From: an uncultured bacterium | Lineage (GTDB): Bacteria; Oederibacteriota; PGYV01; CAWJRG01 | DNA: 64,000 bases | Direction: 5' to 3' | Assembly: GCA_963845185.1 (NCBI GenBank) | Contig: CAWJRG010000009.1 | Location: forward strand, 928,001 to 992,000 | Shown here: positions 27,586 through 38,912 of the stretch, one piece after another | Layout of the letters: every line of letters begins with the position of its first letter | How positions within the stretch are numbered: position 1 is the first letter of the stretch | The notes under the pieces: generated by a model | Told to the model about the DNA's origin: nothing | The model's input: the letters and a program-made list of their open reading frames with translations, nothing else | The model's database searches: none | Program-made: the position numbers and the translations under genes

Positions 27586-29420
27586 TTTTGTTTTTTTCCA
27601 TTGATCTCGGAAAGCATCTTTTCAATATCCTCTCCTTCAATAACCTCCTTTTCAAGCAATGTAGTGGCCAGTTTATCCATCAATTTTTTGTTTTTAATCA
27701 ATATGGATTTTGCGCTGTCAAATGCTTCCGAAACGATATCTTTTACTTCTTCGTCTATAAGTTCCGCCGTTTCATCGCTGTAATTTTTTTCTTTCAGGAG
27801 GTCCTTGCCTATAAATACCTCAGCACTATTTTTGCCATATGTAATGGCGCCAAGCTTGTCGCTCATGCCGTATTCGCATACCATTTTATGTGCAATTTCC
27901 GTGGCGTGCTCAATATCGTTACTCGCTCCGGTTGATATTTCTTTAAAAACAATCACTTCGGCAGCCCTGCCTCCAAGCATGACTTTAATGTTGTCAAGCA
28001 TCTCTTTTTTTGTTGCCAAGAACCTGTCTTCAGTCGGCAGTTGCAGCGTATATCCGAGAGCATGATATCCTCTCGGTATAATAGAAATTTTATGTACTGG
28101 ATTTGTGCCGGGAAGAAATTTTGCGACAAGGGCATGGCCTGATTCATGATATGCAATGATTTTTTTCTCCTTGTCTGAAATTATCCTGCTTTTTCTTTGC
28201 GGACCTGCTATCACACGATCAATCGATTCCTCAAGATCAGACATTTCAATTTCTTTTTTGTTGCGCCGCGCAGCCAAAAGCGCCGCTTCATTTGCCAGAT
28301 TTGCCAGGTCCGCGCCCGTAAACCCCGATGTACGCCTTGCGATAATTGATAGATCCACGCTTTTGGCCAGTGTAAGTTTTCTTGTGTGGATTTTCAATAT
28401 CCCTTCCCTGCCCTTCAAATCTGCCCTGTCAACCACAACCTGCCTATCAAATCTGCCCGGCCTTATAAGAGCAGGATCAAGTATATCAGGCCTGTTGGTA
28501 GCTGCTATTATTATTACCCCTGTATTCGCTTCGAATCCGTCCATTTCCACAAGCAACGCATTTAAAGTTTGTTCTCTTTCGTCATGCCCACCGCCAAGTC
28601 CAGCACCCCTATACCTGCCTACAGCATCAATTTCATCTATAAATATTATACATGGCGCACTTCTTTTTCCCTGCTCAAATAAGTCCCTCACGCGCGCGGC
28701 ACCCACTCCTACAAACATTTCAACAAAATCCGAACCCGATATTGTAAAAAACGGAACCCCTGCTTCGCCTGCTATCGCCCTAGCAAGAAGGGTTTTCCCT
28801 GAACCTGGAGGCCCTAAAAGTAACACACCTTTTGGTATTTTTCCACCAAGTTTTTGAAACTTTTTTGGATCCTTTAAAAAATCAATTATTTCAGATAACT
28901 CTTCCTTTGCTTCGTCAATCCCGGCTACATCTTCAAAAGTTACTTTGCCTCCGCCCGGTTGCTGCAATTTTGCTTTGCTTTTGGCAAAATTGATTGCCCC
29001 ACCTGCTCCTCCCTGTGCTTTGCTGAATATAAATATCCATATTACCAGTATTAATATTATCGGCCCCCAAGAGAAGAAAAAATTTGCAAGAAAATTACTA
29101 AATCCACCCGGAACCTTTGCCGTCATCTTAACATTATGGTCGCGAAGAATCTGGTAAAAAGCAGTATCATTTGCAGGCGCAAGTGTTGTAAATTTAGTAT
29201 CATCTATTTTTGAACCTTGCACTTCGGTTATATTAGTATCTTTTTGCATCATATTTATTTCTTTAACTTTATCTGCTTTTACCTGGTCAATGAATTCCGA
29301 GTACCCTAATTTTTGCGGAGTTGCTTTTTCAATAGAAGGTACCAAGGAATTAAAAAGCCATATAACAGTTATAATTAAAAATATCCAAAAAGTTATTGAA
29401 AGTTTTGTGTCATTTCTCAA
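27582..29420 (-). CDS. ftsH: ATP-dependent zinc metalloprotease FtsH
   Basis: [25 protein letters not shown]; probable TTG start at 29420 after GGAGG. Confidence 0.98.
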   Translation of the reverse strand: MRNDTKLSITFWIFLIITVIWLFNSLVPSIEKATPQKLGYSEFIDQVKADKVKEINMMQKDTNITEVQGSKIDDTKFTTLAPANDTAFYQILRDHNVKMTAKVPGGFSNFLANFFFSWGPIILILVIWIFIFSKAQGGAGGAINFAKSKAKLQQPGGGKVTFEDVAGIDEAKEELSEIIDFLKDPKKFQKLGGKIPKGVLLLGPPGSGKTLLARAIAGEAGVPFFTISGSDFVEMFVGVGAARVRDLFEQGKRSAPCIIFIDEIDAVGRYRGAGLGGGHDEREQTLNALLVEMDGFEANTGVIIIAATNRPDILDPALIRPGRFDRQVVVDRADLKGREGILKIHTRKLTLAKSVDLSIIARRTSGFTGADLANLANEAALLAARRNKKEIEMSDLEESIDRVIAGPQRKSRIISDKEKKIIAYHESGHALVAKFLPGTNPVHKISIIPRGYHALGYTLQLPTEDRFLATKKEMLDNIKVMLGGRAAEVIVFKEISTGASNDIEHATEIAHKMVCEYGMSDKLGAITYGKNSAEVFIGKDLLKEKNYSDETAELIDEEVKDIVSEAFDSAKSILIKNKKLMDKLATTLLEKEVIEGEDIEKMLSEINGKKQK

Positions 29421-29658
29421 CGGAAAGCCTCCTTTAATAGGCAAAAATTAATAGACAAACTTGGGATTTTTAAAGCGTCACCTTTAACATGCCCTTTTTG
29501 CTAATACAATACAACTAATTTATACACTATTTTTAAAAATCTGTAAAGAAAAAATATCAAATGTACCATTGAGTAAAATTTACATTTGTTTTTAAGCAGA
29601 TTATAAATTTGGAATGTTTTTCCCTAAAAAACAACACCTGCATCATATAACTGCTTTA

Positions 29659-30156
29659 TTACTCTCCCGAAACTTCTTTAATTTCACCTGATAACTTTAT
29701 TTTTAATATATCATATTTGTCAGATTCATTTTTGACTATATTATCAAGCACTCCGTTGATAAAACTGCCTGATTTTTCATCCCCGAATTTTTTCGCAAGT
29801 TCTATTGCCTCGTTTATTGTAACCTTATAGGGAATATCTTTTCTGTATAAAAGTTCTGCCAGGCCAAGCCGTAGTATATTCCTGTCAATGGAAAGTATCC
29901 TGTCGTATTTCCAATTTTTTAAATAATTGGGTATTATCAGATCAAGTTCTTTAAGGTTTTCAAGCACAAGTTGGACAAGTTCTTTTGAAAATTCTTTGGA
30001 TTTCCCCAAAAAGCCATCCTGTGTGTTATCCTCATCTTCGGTCAAAAAATTGTAATTTTCTATAAATTCTTCAATTTCCTGCCATGATTTATTTGCGATA
30101 TCAACCTGATACAGACTTTGAAGTGCTATAATTCTTCCCGCATGCCGGATTCCCAT
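29659..30156 (-). CDS. nusB: Transcription antitermination factor NusB
   Basis: [31 protein letters not shown]. Confidence 0.96.
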   Translation of the reverse strand: MGIRHAGRIIALQSLYQVDIANKSWQEIEEFIENYNFLTEDEDNTQDGFLGKSKEFSKELVQLVLENLKELDLIIPNYLKNWKYDRILSIDRNILRLGLAELLYRKDIPYKVTINEAIELAKKFGDEKSGSFINGVLDNIVKNESDKYDILKIKLSGEIKEVSGE

Positions 30157-30162
30157 TATTCT

Positions 30163-30627
30163 TTATTTCATGCTGTCAAAAAGGCTTGTCATTTCAAGTA
30201 CGCTTAAAACTGCATCCCTACCCTTGTTTCCGCTTTTCATTCCTGCCCTGTCCATTGCCTGCTCTGCGGAATCCGCGGTTATTATTCCGAAACCTATAGG
30301 AATTCCTGTGCTGATGCTCTGACTCGCTATGCCTTTGGCTGTCTCCGATGCTATAAAATCAAAATGCGGTGTATCGCCCCTTATTATCACGCCTAGGGCC
30401 ACAACGCCGTCATATTTTGACTTTTTCAGTATATTTGCTATGGCATTCGGTATTTCAAAAGAACCCGGTGTCCAATAAACATCAAGCAAATCATCTGTTA
30501 CGCCGTGCTTAAAGAAACAATCCATGGCACCTTCAAGTAGGCTCTTACTCAATAATTCATTAAACCTGGAAATTACTATGGCAAACTTTTTACCTTTACC
30601 TATAAGCGAACCTTTAAATTCTTTCAT
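30163..30627 (-). CDS. ribH: 6,7-dimethyl-8-ribityllumazine synthase
   Basis: SRFN, PGSFEIP, IRGDTPHFD, GNKG. Confidence 0.97.
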   Translation of the reverse strand: MKEFKGSLIGKGKKFAIVISRFNELLSKSLLEGAMDCFFKHGVTDDLLDVYWTPGSFEIPNAIANILKKSKYDGVVALGVIIRGDTPHFDFIASETAKGIASQSISTGIPIGFGIITADSAEQAMDRAGMKSGNKGRDAVLSVLEMTSLFDSMK

Positions 30628-30807
30628 GTTAATGCCTCCTAAACTAGATTTTTAAATAAAATAACTTATTGGCAAGTATTATAAGGTATATATAATTGAC
30701 AGTCAAGCGCTTATATCGCGCTTGTAAAAAACTATTATTGTGACAGTTCTTTCATAATTTTCCAAAGTTGGATGAAAAGATTAAAAACATATAATTCCAA
30801 TAAATAC

Positions 30808-31833
30808 CTATGTACTCGCCCTTATAACCAGTCTTGGCTCGAGTATAATTTTTTTTGGCTTAGTCTCCCTTCCCTCTATTGTATCGACAAGCATTTTGAA
30901 TGCTTCCTTTCCCATATCCTCTACTGGTTGATGTATTGTAGTAAGCGCTGGTTTTGATATAGATGCCATATTTATATCATCATAACCAACCAAAGCAATA
31001 TCTTTTGGTATATTTAATCCAATTCTATTCGCTTCATCAATCACACCCATCGCAACAACATCGCCAGCCGCGCAAAATATGGCATCAATACTAGTCTTCC
31101 TTCTTACCATATCCGCCAAAGCACTTACACCTTCCTTAAAAGCATATTCCCTGACCTCAATCACTTTATCCAAATCAAAAGGCAAGTTGCGATCTGCAAG
31201 CGCTTGCTTGTATCCGTTAAATCTTTGCAGAGGGGTAATCCCTACTCCTTCACCTTTCATCTGGCCTATAATAACACCTATGTTTTTCCTGCCTTTATTA
31301 ATCAGGTGCTCTGTGGCAAGATAACCGCCTTTGTAGCTGTCAATTGTAATACTGTGGAAACCCTCGGCTTCTTCGTCGATAAACACAACAGGAACATTGT
31401 TGGACACGCAAATCTTCCAAATCTTCCTTGTCAAATTTTAAGAACATGGAAATTATTCCATCAGCAGTTGTTTCAGATAAAACAGACTGGATAAACTCTT
31501 TTTTTTCTGGTCGTTCCCGTGGGTTGAATATTGGTTTATCGAGTATTTATGGCCCATTTGAATATTTTGTAGTTCAAAACCGTTCATAAGATAGACTTCA
31601 TAAAAAGAAAACGAACTCATGTACGCCGTGACAATTGCGACAGTTTCTGTTTTTCTCTCATTGTACGCTTCGGCTGTTGAATCCGAACTGTTTGTCAGTG
31701 TATTGACTGCATTGACTACTTTTAATTTTATTTCTTCCGGAACCGTCGCGTCGTCATTTAAAACTTTCAACACTTCATCCTCAGTTACACCAGCTTTTCT
31801 CGCTATCTGCCTTAATGTTGACCTCATGTGCAC
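30808..31833 (-). pseudogene. LacI-family regulator interrupted by two compensating indels (decay or assembly error)
   Basis: ORFs 31453-31833 (HTH TLRQIARKAGV) and 30808-31434 share a frame; the intervening shifted frame reads EFIQSVLSETTADGIISMFLKFDKEDL and aligns with the paralog at 20131-20976. Confidence 0.8.
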
Positions 31834-31846
31834 TGTTTCTCCAATA

Positions 31847-34800
31847 TCATTTTAATATAATAATCTTGTCTACCTTGGATCTTGCTTTCAACCCGCCTTT
31901 TTCAGCTATCACTACATAATAATATGTCCCGGCACTGAAGTCAATAAAATTGCTTCTGTCATATTGTAAAATAATACCATCTCCAACTTTTTCCATTTCT
32001 GTTCCATCAATTGTCTTTTCCCTTATCAGTCTGTAAGCGACCGTATATATTCTCAGTGTTATTTTGTCTATATCGTTAGGCATTACGTTAACTGCTATTT
32101 TTAAAGACTCTATCACGGGATTAATTGGGTTTGGATAGGGCTTTATGTTACCTATGGTCAGCGTTCCTGTCTGTTCCATTGTAGCCGCAACCACAGGCGT
32201 TGGAGTGCTTGTGTCAGTAACGCCAGTTGTCGCTATCGTTATTGTTGTCATTGTCGCTGTTGCTGTAACCGCTACTGTCACTGTATTTGTTACTGTCACT
32301 GTTTCTATCATTGTAACTGTATTTGTCATTGTAACTGTTGCTGTCGTGCATGTAAATGAGTTGCTCGACACTTCAACGCTTGTCATGGTAGCTCCGTCCA
32401 CCGCATCCATACCGCTTGCAGTCCCATTGAATGTTATATTGCTGCATATTGCAACAGTATATACCCACGTGAACGATGCTTGTGAACTTCCTGCTATTGC
32501 CGTGCTTACAGGGTTTGGTCCGCTTGCCAGAATAGCAGCTCCTCCGCCAGATTGCGATAACCCTGATGGTACTACATTAAACGCTGTGTTTAAGCCCGTG
32601 TTTACTACCTGCATAATTACTATTATATCCTGACCGTTTCCAGCGCTAGTAGGTGATATCGTTATATTTGCTACAAGGTTTATAGCTATGGTTGGTGTTA
32701 CGGTGGGAGTGTTTGTCGCTGTATCAACCTGAGTATTTGTCAACGTATTAACCGGTGTATTTGTTTCTGTATTAATCGGGGTATTTGTTATTGTATTAGC
32801 CAATGTATTTGTCGTTGTAATAGTCAATGTATTTGTTGCAGTATCACTCGTCGTATAAGACGGTGTATTTGTTATTGTTTCTGTCGGAGTTAACGTATTT
32901 GTAATTGTTATTGTCGGCGATATGGTGAATGTTTGCGTAATTGTCCATGTGAATACTATATTAGTAAATGTCGGCGTAGGCGACACATTTGGCGAATTAG
33001 TAAATGTTGGTGTAATTGTCAATGTAAAAGTCAATGTTATTGTGAATGAAGGCGTGATTGTCGGAGTATTTGTAAATGTATTTGTCCTTGTAACCGTAAA
33101 CGTAGGCGTCCCCGTGCTTGTGCCTGTTGGCAATGGTGTGTTTGTTCCTGTCGCTGTTAAAGTTACCGTGTTCTGTGGTGTGTTTGTACTAGTTAAAGTA
33201 ACTGTATATGTCGGTGTGTCTGTTACTGTAATTGTCGGCGTTATTGTGTATGTGGGAGTAATCGTTGCCGATATTATCACCACTGTATAAGTCAATGTTA
33301 TCGTGTATGTCGGCGTATGCGTGCTTGTCGGTGTATTTGTAGGTGTATCTGTCCTTGTAGTAGTAAATGTAGGCGTATTTGTGAATGTATTCACCACTGT
33401 GTTTGTCAACGTCTCGGTAACTGTATATGTAGTTGTAAATGTCCTTGTATAAGTGAGCGAAGGAGTAATTGATATCGTTATTGTAGCTGTATTCACCGGC
33501 GTATTTGTCCATGTCAAAGTTACTGTATATGTATATGTCGACGTATAAGTAGGAGTATTTGTCTCTGTAAATGTCCTTGTCTCAGTAAGCGTAGGCGTCC
33601 CTGTATTTGATCCTGTTGGCAGTGGTGTATTTGTCATAGTTATTGTCGGAGATATTGTGAATGTTTGCGTAATTGTCCAAGTGAATACTATATTGGTATA
33701 TGTAGGTGTTGGCGATACCACAGGTGAATTGGTAATTGTTGGAGTAACTGTTCTTGTAAAAGTCAATGTTGCTGTAAAGGAAGCTGTATTTGTCGCAGTG
33801 AATGTCAGAGTCGCCGTGCTTGTATCTGTCATCGTGCCTGTACTTGAAGGCGTAGCCGTTTTTGTAAAAGTAGGCGTTGAACTAATCGAATATGTAAATG
33901 TTGGAGAAACAGTCAACGTAGGCGTAGCCGTAAGAGTTGCTGTTTCTGTTGGCGTAGCCGTTTTTGTCATAGTACCTGTTAAAGTGTAAGTTAATGTTGC
34001 AGTCCTTGTCTGAGTCTGCGTTGAACTCGCAGAAAGCGTATAAGTAAATGTTGGCGTGCTCGTGCCAGTAATTGTTTGAGTTGTTGTCAGGCTGGGTGTA
34101 AAAGTTGTAGTACGTGACAAAAACACCGTGTTGGTTATAGTCTGAGTCGACGTCTGTGTGTATGTAGTTGTAGCAGTGTACGAACAGGAAGGCGTTATTG
34201 TGCTTGTCGGCGAAGATGTAAATGTAAAGCTTGGATTCGTAGTAGAAGAATAAGTCGGCGTCTGGCTGAATGTTAAAGTGCTGGTCCTTGTAGATGTCGG
34301 CGATGCTGTAGTTGTGGCAGTTATTGTCCTGCTTGGAGTATTTGTTAGCGTATACGAAGGCGTGACTGTCATCGTGAATGTCGGATATTGCGTGTTAGTT
34401 ATGGTAGATGAAGCTGCCATTGTCTTTGTGGCTGTGACGGTTACCGTGCATACTGTACTCATATCCGTGATTTCTATTGCCGAGAATTTCGGGTCGTCTG
34501 TAATGTTTGTGGTTGTTATGTCAATTACGCCGGTTGTCACATTTACGTAATATGACTGCTCATAAGCAATGTACTCTCCACCTGTCACAGCGACTATATC
34601 AAAATTGGAAAGTATCTGCTGTCCCTCAAGAAAAACATTAAACACTCGCTGCCCTGTATTCGCATAGTTAATCTCGGCCCACATGAGCCGCACCTTGTAA
34701 GGACCATTTTTTACCGTAAACCTGTATTCAAGTGCCGAGCCCCAGTGCCCTGTCTGGTAAAGGTTCTGATCCACAGTATTTGAAATGGCATGAGTTGTCG

Positions 34801-37321
34801 CTGTTTCCGCCGACCCTCCCATATATCCCCAGCCGCCGGTTGTAAAAGCCTGATCAGCTGACCATGTCCTTCCCTGCGAATCCTGCACTGCGACTGTGCT
34901 GCCGCAGTCAACCCTTATCAGTGATGTCCCGCACGGGTTTATCGTTGGCGTCACTGTAGGCGATAGTGTTTTTGTCGGCGTTAATGTCGCCGTGTCCGTA
35001 GGCAGCGGTGTGCATGTGCCTCCGGCGCACGTGGATGGCAGCAGGTCGTAAGCCTGCTTACACGCCCATACTGTCGATCCTCTCATGTAATAATATGCCC
35101 TTATGTTTGCGACGCCTGTGGTCCATGCCTCAGGTGTCCTGAACCAGAACTGTGATGTGTTCCATATTGTGTTAAACATGCTCTGTCCTATTGCGGACGC
35201 CTGCGTTGCCATGCCCTGCTGCAACATGCCTGCAACCACTCCCCACGATGTCCCAACCCAGCTTTCCTGGCTCTGCGATGTCGATGTGTCTATCGCGCCT
35301 GCCGAAGTCATAACATTTACTATGTCATGCGCGCCTGCATCGTATTTTAAAAAGTTGTTGTTATAAACCGTCTGCCACGCTGTCTGTGCGTTTGCGTCTG
35401 TCACTATACCACCTAACCCTAGCGCTTTTGAGTACCACTGGCCGCACAACTGGTCGCTCATAATCCTTGTCGGAGCTGTGCTTCCTGTGTCTATCTGGTA
35501 GTATGAGCCTGTCCATAACTCAGACTGGAAATTAGGTTGCGCCGTGTTATACCAGGCCTGGTAAGTGGCAGCAGAAGTTGTGTCTCCCTCGGCCGTAGCT
35601 ATCTTTACAGCAGCCTGGCATGCCGCAAGGAACAGGCTTCCGCAATAAGCTGTGGTTCCAGTGAGTCCCAGGTTGTCATAGGTTTGGTCTACGCCGCTTG
35701 ATTGCGGCAATCCGTCAGTGCCGCACTCGCTGTGCACTTTATTCATGGCAGTCTGTACCGATTTATAGCAGTAATTTAAAAATGTAGTATCAGAATCCCC
35801 CGTCAAATGATAATCCCTGTATACCATAAGTACAAATTTTGAGTTTAAGTCCTTCCATGTCGTTGAATCCCTAAAAGTATAGTCGTTCCATTTCTCAAAT
35901 ACATCATTAGGGTTGCCGAAATCATGCGCGCATGTGCCAAGCGGTGTGGGCCTGTCTGTCCTTGTGGTATATATGCTATCTGAAAACTGCCTGACTGCCT
36001 GCTTGTCAATATCCGGCCAGTTTAAAAAAAGCGCCCACGATCCGTAAAAACGTACGTCAGAGGTTCCGTAAAATTCATAAATATATGATTCCAAATGTGA
36101 AAACATGCTTTCTCCCGAAGTCGTAGCCTGGCCTGAAGCCCCTCCCGCCTCCCAGATAGTGCCGCCGGTAAAATAAATATATAGTTCGTTAAAAAGCATT
36201 GTCTTGAGCCAGTCCGGGTAGTAGGCGTTGGTTAATATGCCGCTTTGCCATGTATCTATCTGCGATTCATAGCTCGCACAGTTTGTGAGCGCGTCCTGTG
36301 CTATTGTCCAGGCCGCCCTGCCTGTCTGCCCGAAATATTTTGTGTACTGCCTCCACCATAGATACCCTGTGCCCGGCTGAGCAAGAGGTATATCCCATGC
36401 CAGTACTATCGGTATCCTTACATTCTGTCCCGGCGCAAGTGTAATCTTAAACGCGATTGCGCCTATTGTGTTGGCTCCTCCAGTGTTCGCGAGAGTGCCG
36501 TTTGTAGAAAACGCAGTCTCTATCGTGGTTACTGCAGCGGCAGACATCGCCGTCACGGTCACGCCTGACCCGTTTATTGACCCCAGTGCAAATTGCCCCT
36601 GATTCGCCGCAGTAGGAGTTCCTGTGCCAGTCCAGTCAAGCAGTATGCCGGTAAAATTCCCTGAGTTCACCACGGTCGCGGATACGCCTGAATAGTTATT
36701 CTGCCATGTGAGCATTATAGCCGCATCCATGCTCTGCGAAGTCGGGTTTGTCAAATCCCAGTAATATATCCCTTCCGGATAACTTACTCTTTGGTAATCC
36801 CCGGGTATGATAGGCGAGAACTGTGTCACGCGGGATAGCACTGTAAATTTACTGCCGTGATAATCAACCCAAGCTTTGGGAAAAAGCGAGTAATAAGTTG
36901 CCTGGCCGCTGCCGAGAGTCGCAGCATCAAGCTGTGTCATGGTTGCTGTACCGCTCGAGGTAGGTTTCTGGTAAAGAAAAAATCTGGCTGTAGCATCGTC
37001 TGTAAATGTGATGGTGTCTGTACCTGCTCCCGAACCCACTCCTGCGATGTTAAGCCTGTCTTTATAAAAAATACCGTTGAATTTCCATGTCACAGTCCCT
37101 GCTCCAAATCCGCCTATTGGCGCGCCATCAAGATATCCTCCTGCATTAATATCTCGGCTCCATGCCTGGCCCGGAATCGTGGCTGCGGCATTTAAATTAC
37201 AATTAAATATAAACAATACAATAAATATGAAAATACATTTATTATTAATATGATTTATTGAAAAAAAACTGTAATCCAATATATGCTTAAATTTATAAGC
37301 AAATTTTCTTATTTGTTTCAT
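31847..37321 (-). CDS. Secreted GH116 beta-glucosidase/glucosylceramidase-like enzyme with malectin domain, long Thr/Pro stalk, Ig-like domain and CTD-like tail
   Basis: GAPIGGFGAG, FSPIIPGDY, LFNELY, DVRFY, WKDLNSKF, DQTYD, DQLCGQW, FRTPEAW; malectin RVFNV.LEG...L.NFDI; tail PYPNP..IYT..GTYYY..KIIILK. Confidence 0.9.
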   Translation of the reverse strand: MKQIRKFAYKFKHILDYSFFSINHINNKCIFIFIVLFIFNCNLNAAATIPGQAWSRDINAGGYLDGAPIGGFGAGTVTWKFNGIFYKDRLNIAGVGSGAGTDTITFTDDATARFFLYQKPTSSGTATMTQLDAATLGSGQATYYSLFPKAWVDYHGSKFTVLSRVTQFSPIIPGDYQRVSYPEGIYYWDLTNPTSQSMDAAIMLTWQNNYSGVSATVVNSGNFTGILLDWTGTGTPTAANQGQFALGSINGSGVTVTAMSAAAVTTIETAFSTNGTLANTGGANTIGAIAFKITLAPGQNVRIPIVLAWDIPLAQPGTGYLWWRQYTKYFGQTGRAAWTIAQDALTNCASYESQIDTWQSGILTNAYYPDWLKTMLFNELYIYFTGGTIWEAGGASGQATTSGESMFSHLESYIYEFYGTSDVRFYGSWALFLNWPDIDKQAVRQFSDSIYTTRTDRPTPLGTCAHDFGNPNDVFEKWNDYTFRDSTTWKDLNSKFVLMVYRDYHLTGDSDTTFLNYCYKSVQTAMNKVHSECGTDGLPQSSGVDQTYDNLGLTGTTAYCGSLFLAACQAAVKIATAEGDTTSAATYQAWYNTAQPNFQSELWTGSYYQIDTGSTAPTRIMSDQLCGQWYSKALGLGGIVTDANAQTAWQTVYNNNFLKYDAGAHDIVNVMTSAGAIDTSTSQSQESWVGTSWGVVAGMLQQGMATQASAIGQSMFNTIWNTSQFWFRTPEAWTTGVANIRAYYYMRGSTVWACKQAYDLLPSTCAGGTCTPLPTDTATLTPTKTLSPTVTPTINPCGTSLIRVDCGSTVAVQDSQGRTWSADQAFTTGGWGYMGGSAETATTHAISNTVDQNLYQTGHWGSALEYRFTVKNGPYKVRLMWAEINYANTGQRVFNVFLEGQQILSNFDIVAVTGGEYIAYEQSYYVNVTTGVIDITTTNITDDPKFSAIEITDMSTVCTVTVTATKTMAASSTITNTQYPTFTMTVTPSYTLTNTPSRTITATTTASPTSTRTSTLTFSQTPTYSSTTNPSFTFTSSPTSTITPSCSYTATTTYTQTSTQTITNTVFLSRTTTFTPSLTTTQTITGTSTPTFTYTLSASSTQTQTRTATLTYTLTGTMTKTATPTETATLTATPTLTVSPTFTYSISSTPTFTKTATPSSTGTMTDTSTATLTFTATNTASFTATLTFTRTVTPTITNSPVVSPTPTYTNIVFTWTITQTFTISPTITMTNTPLPTGSNTGTPTLTETRTFTETNTPTYTSTYTYTVTLTWTNTPVNTATITISITPSLTYTRTFTTTYTVTETLTNTVVNTFTNTPTFTTTRTDTPTNTPTSTHTPTYTITLTYTVVIISATITPTYTITPTITVTDTPTYTVTLTSTNTPQNTVTLTATGTNTPLPTGTSTGTPTFTVTRTNTFTNTPTITPSFTITLTFTLTITPTFTNSPNVSPTPTFTNIVFTWTITQTFTISPTITITNTLTPTETITNTPSYTTSDTATNTLTITTTNTLANTITNTPINTETNTPVNTLTNTQVDTATNTPTVTPTIAINLVANITISPTSAGNGQDIIVIMQVVNTGLNTAFNVVPSGLSQSGGGAAILASGPNPVSTAIAGSSQASFTWVYTVAICSNITFNGTASGMDAVDGATMTSVEVSSNSFTCTTATVTMTNTVTMIETVTVTNTVTVAVTATATMTTITIATTGVTDTSTPTPVVAATMEQTGTLTIGNIKPYPNPINPVIESLKIAVNVMPNDIDKITLRIYTVAYRLIREKTIDGTEMEKVGDGIILQYDRSNFIDFSAGTYYYVVIAEKGGLKARSKVDKIIILK

Positions 37322-37733
37322 CGATTTTACACTCGCCTTTTCTCAATATGGGATAGCGTTTCAAAACCATTATCGTTATTAACATTATAATTAATACAAG
37401 CAATTAAATCAAGTTTTTATTTTTTTTCTTGTTTATTAGACAAAATTTTTCTTATAAAGTTTCGTTTTTCTGATTTTAATCGATAAAATCAATTTGAAAA
37501 ATCATACTTTTGTTATAATAAGCTACAATTTGCTCAAAGCAATGATTTTTAAGATTTATAATAAAATATTTTATTTCTTATTTTACGGTTAATTCCCTTC
37601 TTAACCAAAAAACCATATATAATTATTTTTATAAAAATAATTATTGACTTTTGTTTAAAAAGTGTTATAAATATTTTATAACTTAGGGTTATTTAAACTC
37701 TAAGATTTTTCATTTTTAGGAGGTAGTAGATTT

Positions 37734-37937
37734 ATGGTACAAGGTAAAGTGAAATGGTTCAATGAAAAGAAAGGCTACGGTTTCATTGAGCGGGAGGGTG
37801 GCAAAGATGTGTTCGTGCATTACCAGGCTATTAATCAGGACGGATTCAAAACTTTAAAAGAAGGAGAAGTTGTCACATTTGACATCGTAGAAGGCGCAAA
37901 AGGTCCTCAAGCAGCAAATGTCGTAAGGGCAAAATAA
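37734..37937 (+). CDS. cspA: Cold shock protein
   Basis: [27 protein letters not shown]. Confidence 0.97.
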   Translation: MVQGKVKWFNEKKGYGFIEREGGKDVFVHYQAINQDGFKTLKEGEVVTFDIVEGAKGPQAANVVRAK

Positions 37938-37956
37938 GCTCTTACTGTAGCCATAT

Positions 37957-37987
37957 AAAGCCCGGCGTTGAACGCCGGGCTTTTTTT
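37957..37987 (+). terminator. Rho-independent terminator
   Basis: aaagcccggcgtt-g-aacgccgggc followed by T7. Confidence 0.9.
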
Positions 37988-38016
37988 ATTTATCGTTTAT
38001 TTTCAAAACGCAAAAA

Positions 38017-38793
38017 TCAATGGTATCTTTCCGTTTTCCTTCCCCCGCCTGCAATCCTGTAAATAATCCTTATAATGATAAACAGTATAAGAAGTATTAT
38101 TATATACAAAATATAAGGATTTTTCATCTCCACATAAACTTCTAAAGGATAATCTTTTTCAAAATTCTGTGCCTTTATTTTAACGGTGATGGGTAACGGC
38201 TGTGGTCCGTTATAACCGTTAAGAACGTCTATAACATAACTCACTTCCCTGCTCTGTCCAGGTAATATATCCTGTAAATCCTTTTTCGTCGTAATCAGGA
38301 CAATTTTGGGGTGTGTTGTGTTAAGCTCGCCTGTTGCGGCATAGGCAGTACCTCCACCCGTATTTTGAATATCAAATTGTACTCTTATCCGTTCGCCTGT
38401 ATATAAAAGGCCGTAAATGTTTTCCGGCGTCCTTTCTTTCACAATAGCTTCTGTCGTAATATTCGATATCTTAAAATCTGAATACATTACAGGCGTTGGT
38501 GTAGGCACAGGCGTCGGTGCTGGTTTGTGTTTTTTCACCGGTTTGGGTGTAGGCTTTGGTTTAGGTTTGGGTTTTGGTTTTGGTGCAGGTACTTCTGTTG
38601 GTACAGGCGTTGGTTTCTCCACTTTGTCAACTGTACCTGCTTCAAGTGTATCCTGATCGTTTGATTTTTCTACAGCTCCGTTTTCAATGTAATTATCTTC
38701 GGCCGTAGGAATATTTAAAGGTTCATCATCGCTTAAAATATATATGGCAGAAACAAATAATATTATAACTACCATAAACCATACTTTTTTCAT
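38017..38793 (-). CDS. Membrane-anchored protein with Pro/Lys linker and CARDB/Ig-like domain
   Basis: N-terminal hydrophobic segment; PKPKPKP..PTPTP; FDIQNTGGG.A..DILPGQS; C-terminal TM helix. Confidence 0.7.
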   Translation of the reverse strand: MKKVWFMVVIILFVSAIYILSDDEPLNIPTAEDNYIENGAVEKSNDQDTLEAGTVDKVEKPTPVPTEVPAPKPKPKPKPKPTPKPVKKHKPAPTPVPTPTPVMYSDFKISNITTEAIVKERTPENIYGLLYTGERIRVQFDIQNTGGGTAYAATGELNTTHPKIVLITTKKDLQDILPGQSREVSYVIDVLNGYNGPQPLPITVKIKAQNFEKDYPLEVYVEMKNPYILYIIILLILFIIIRIIYRIAGGGRKTERYH

Positions 38794-38912
38794 TATGAAA
38801 CCTCCTGTTGTTATTTTTTAATATATTTAAATTATAGCACGTACTTTTTCTTTGTCAATTTTTTGTTTTTCTTTAGTTCAACTTTTATTAAACCAAAAAT
38901 GATTAATAAAGC

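Noticed and set aside
37345..37385. LacI operator upstream of the GH116 gene (gatagcgtttca)
   Set aside because: The palindrome is too weak and has no convincing second copy.
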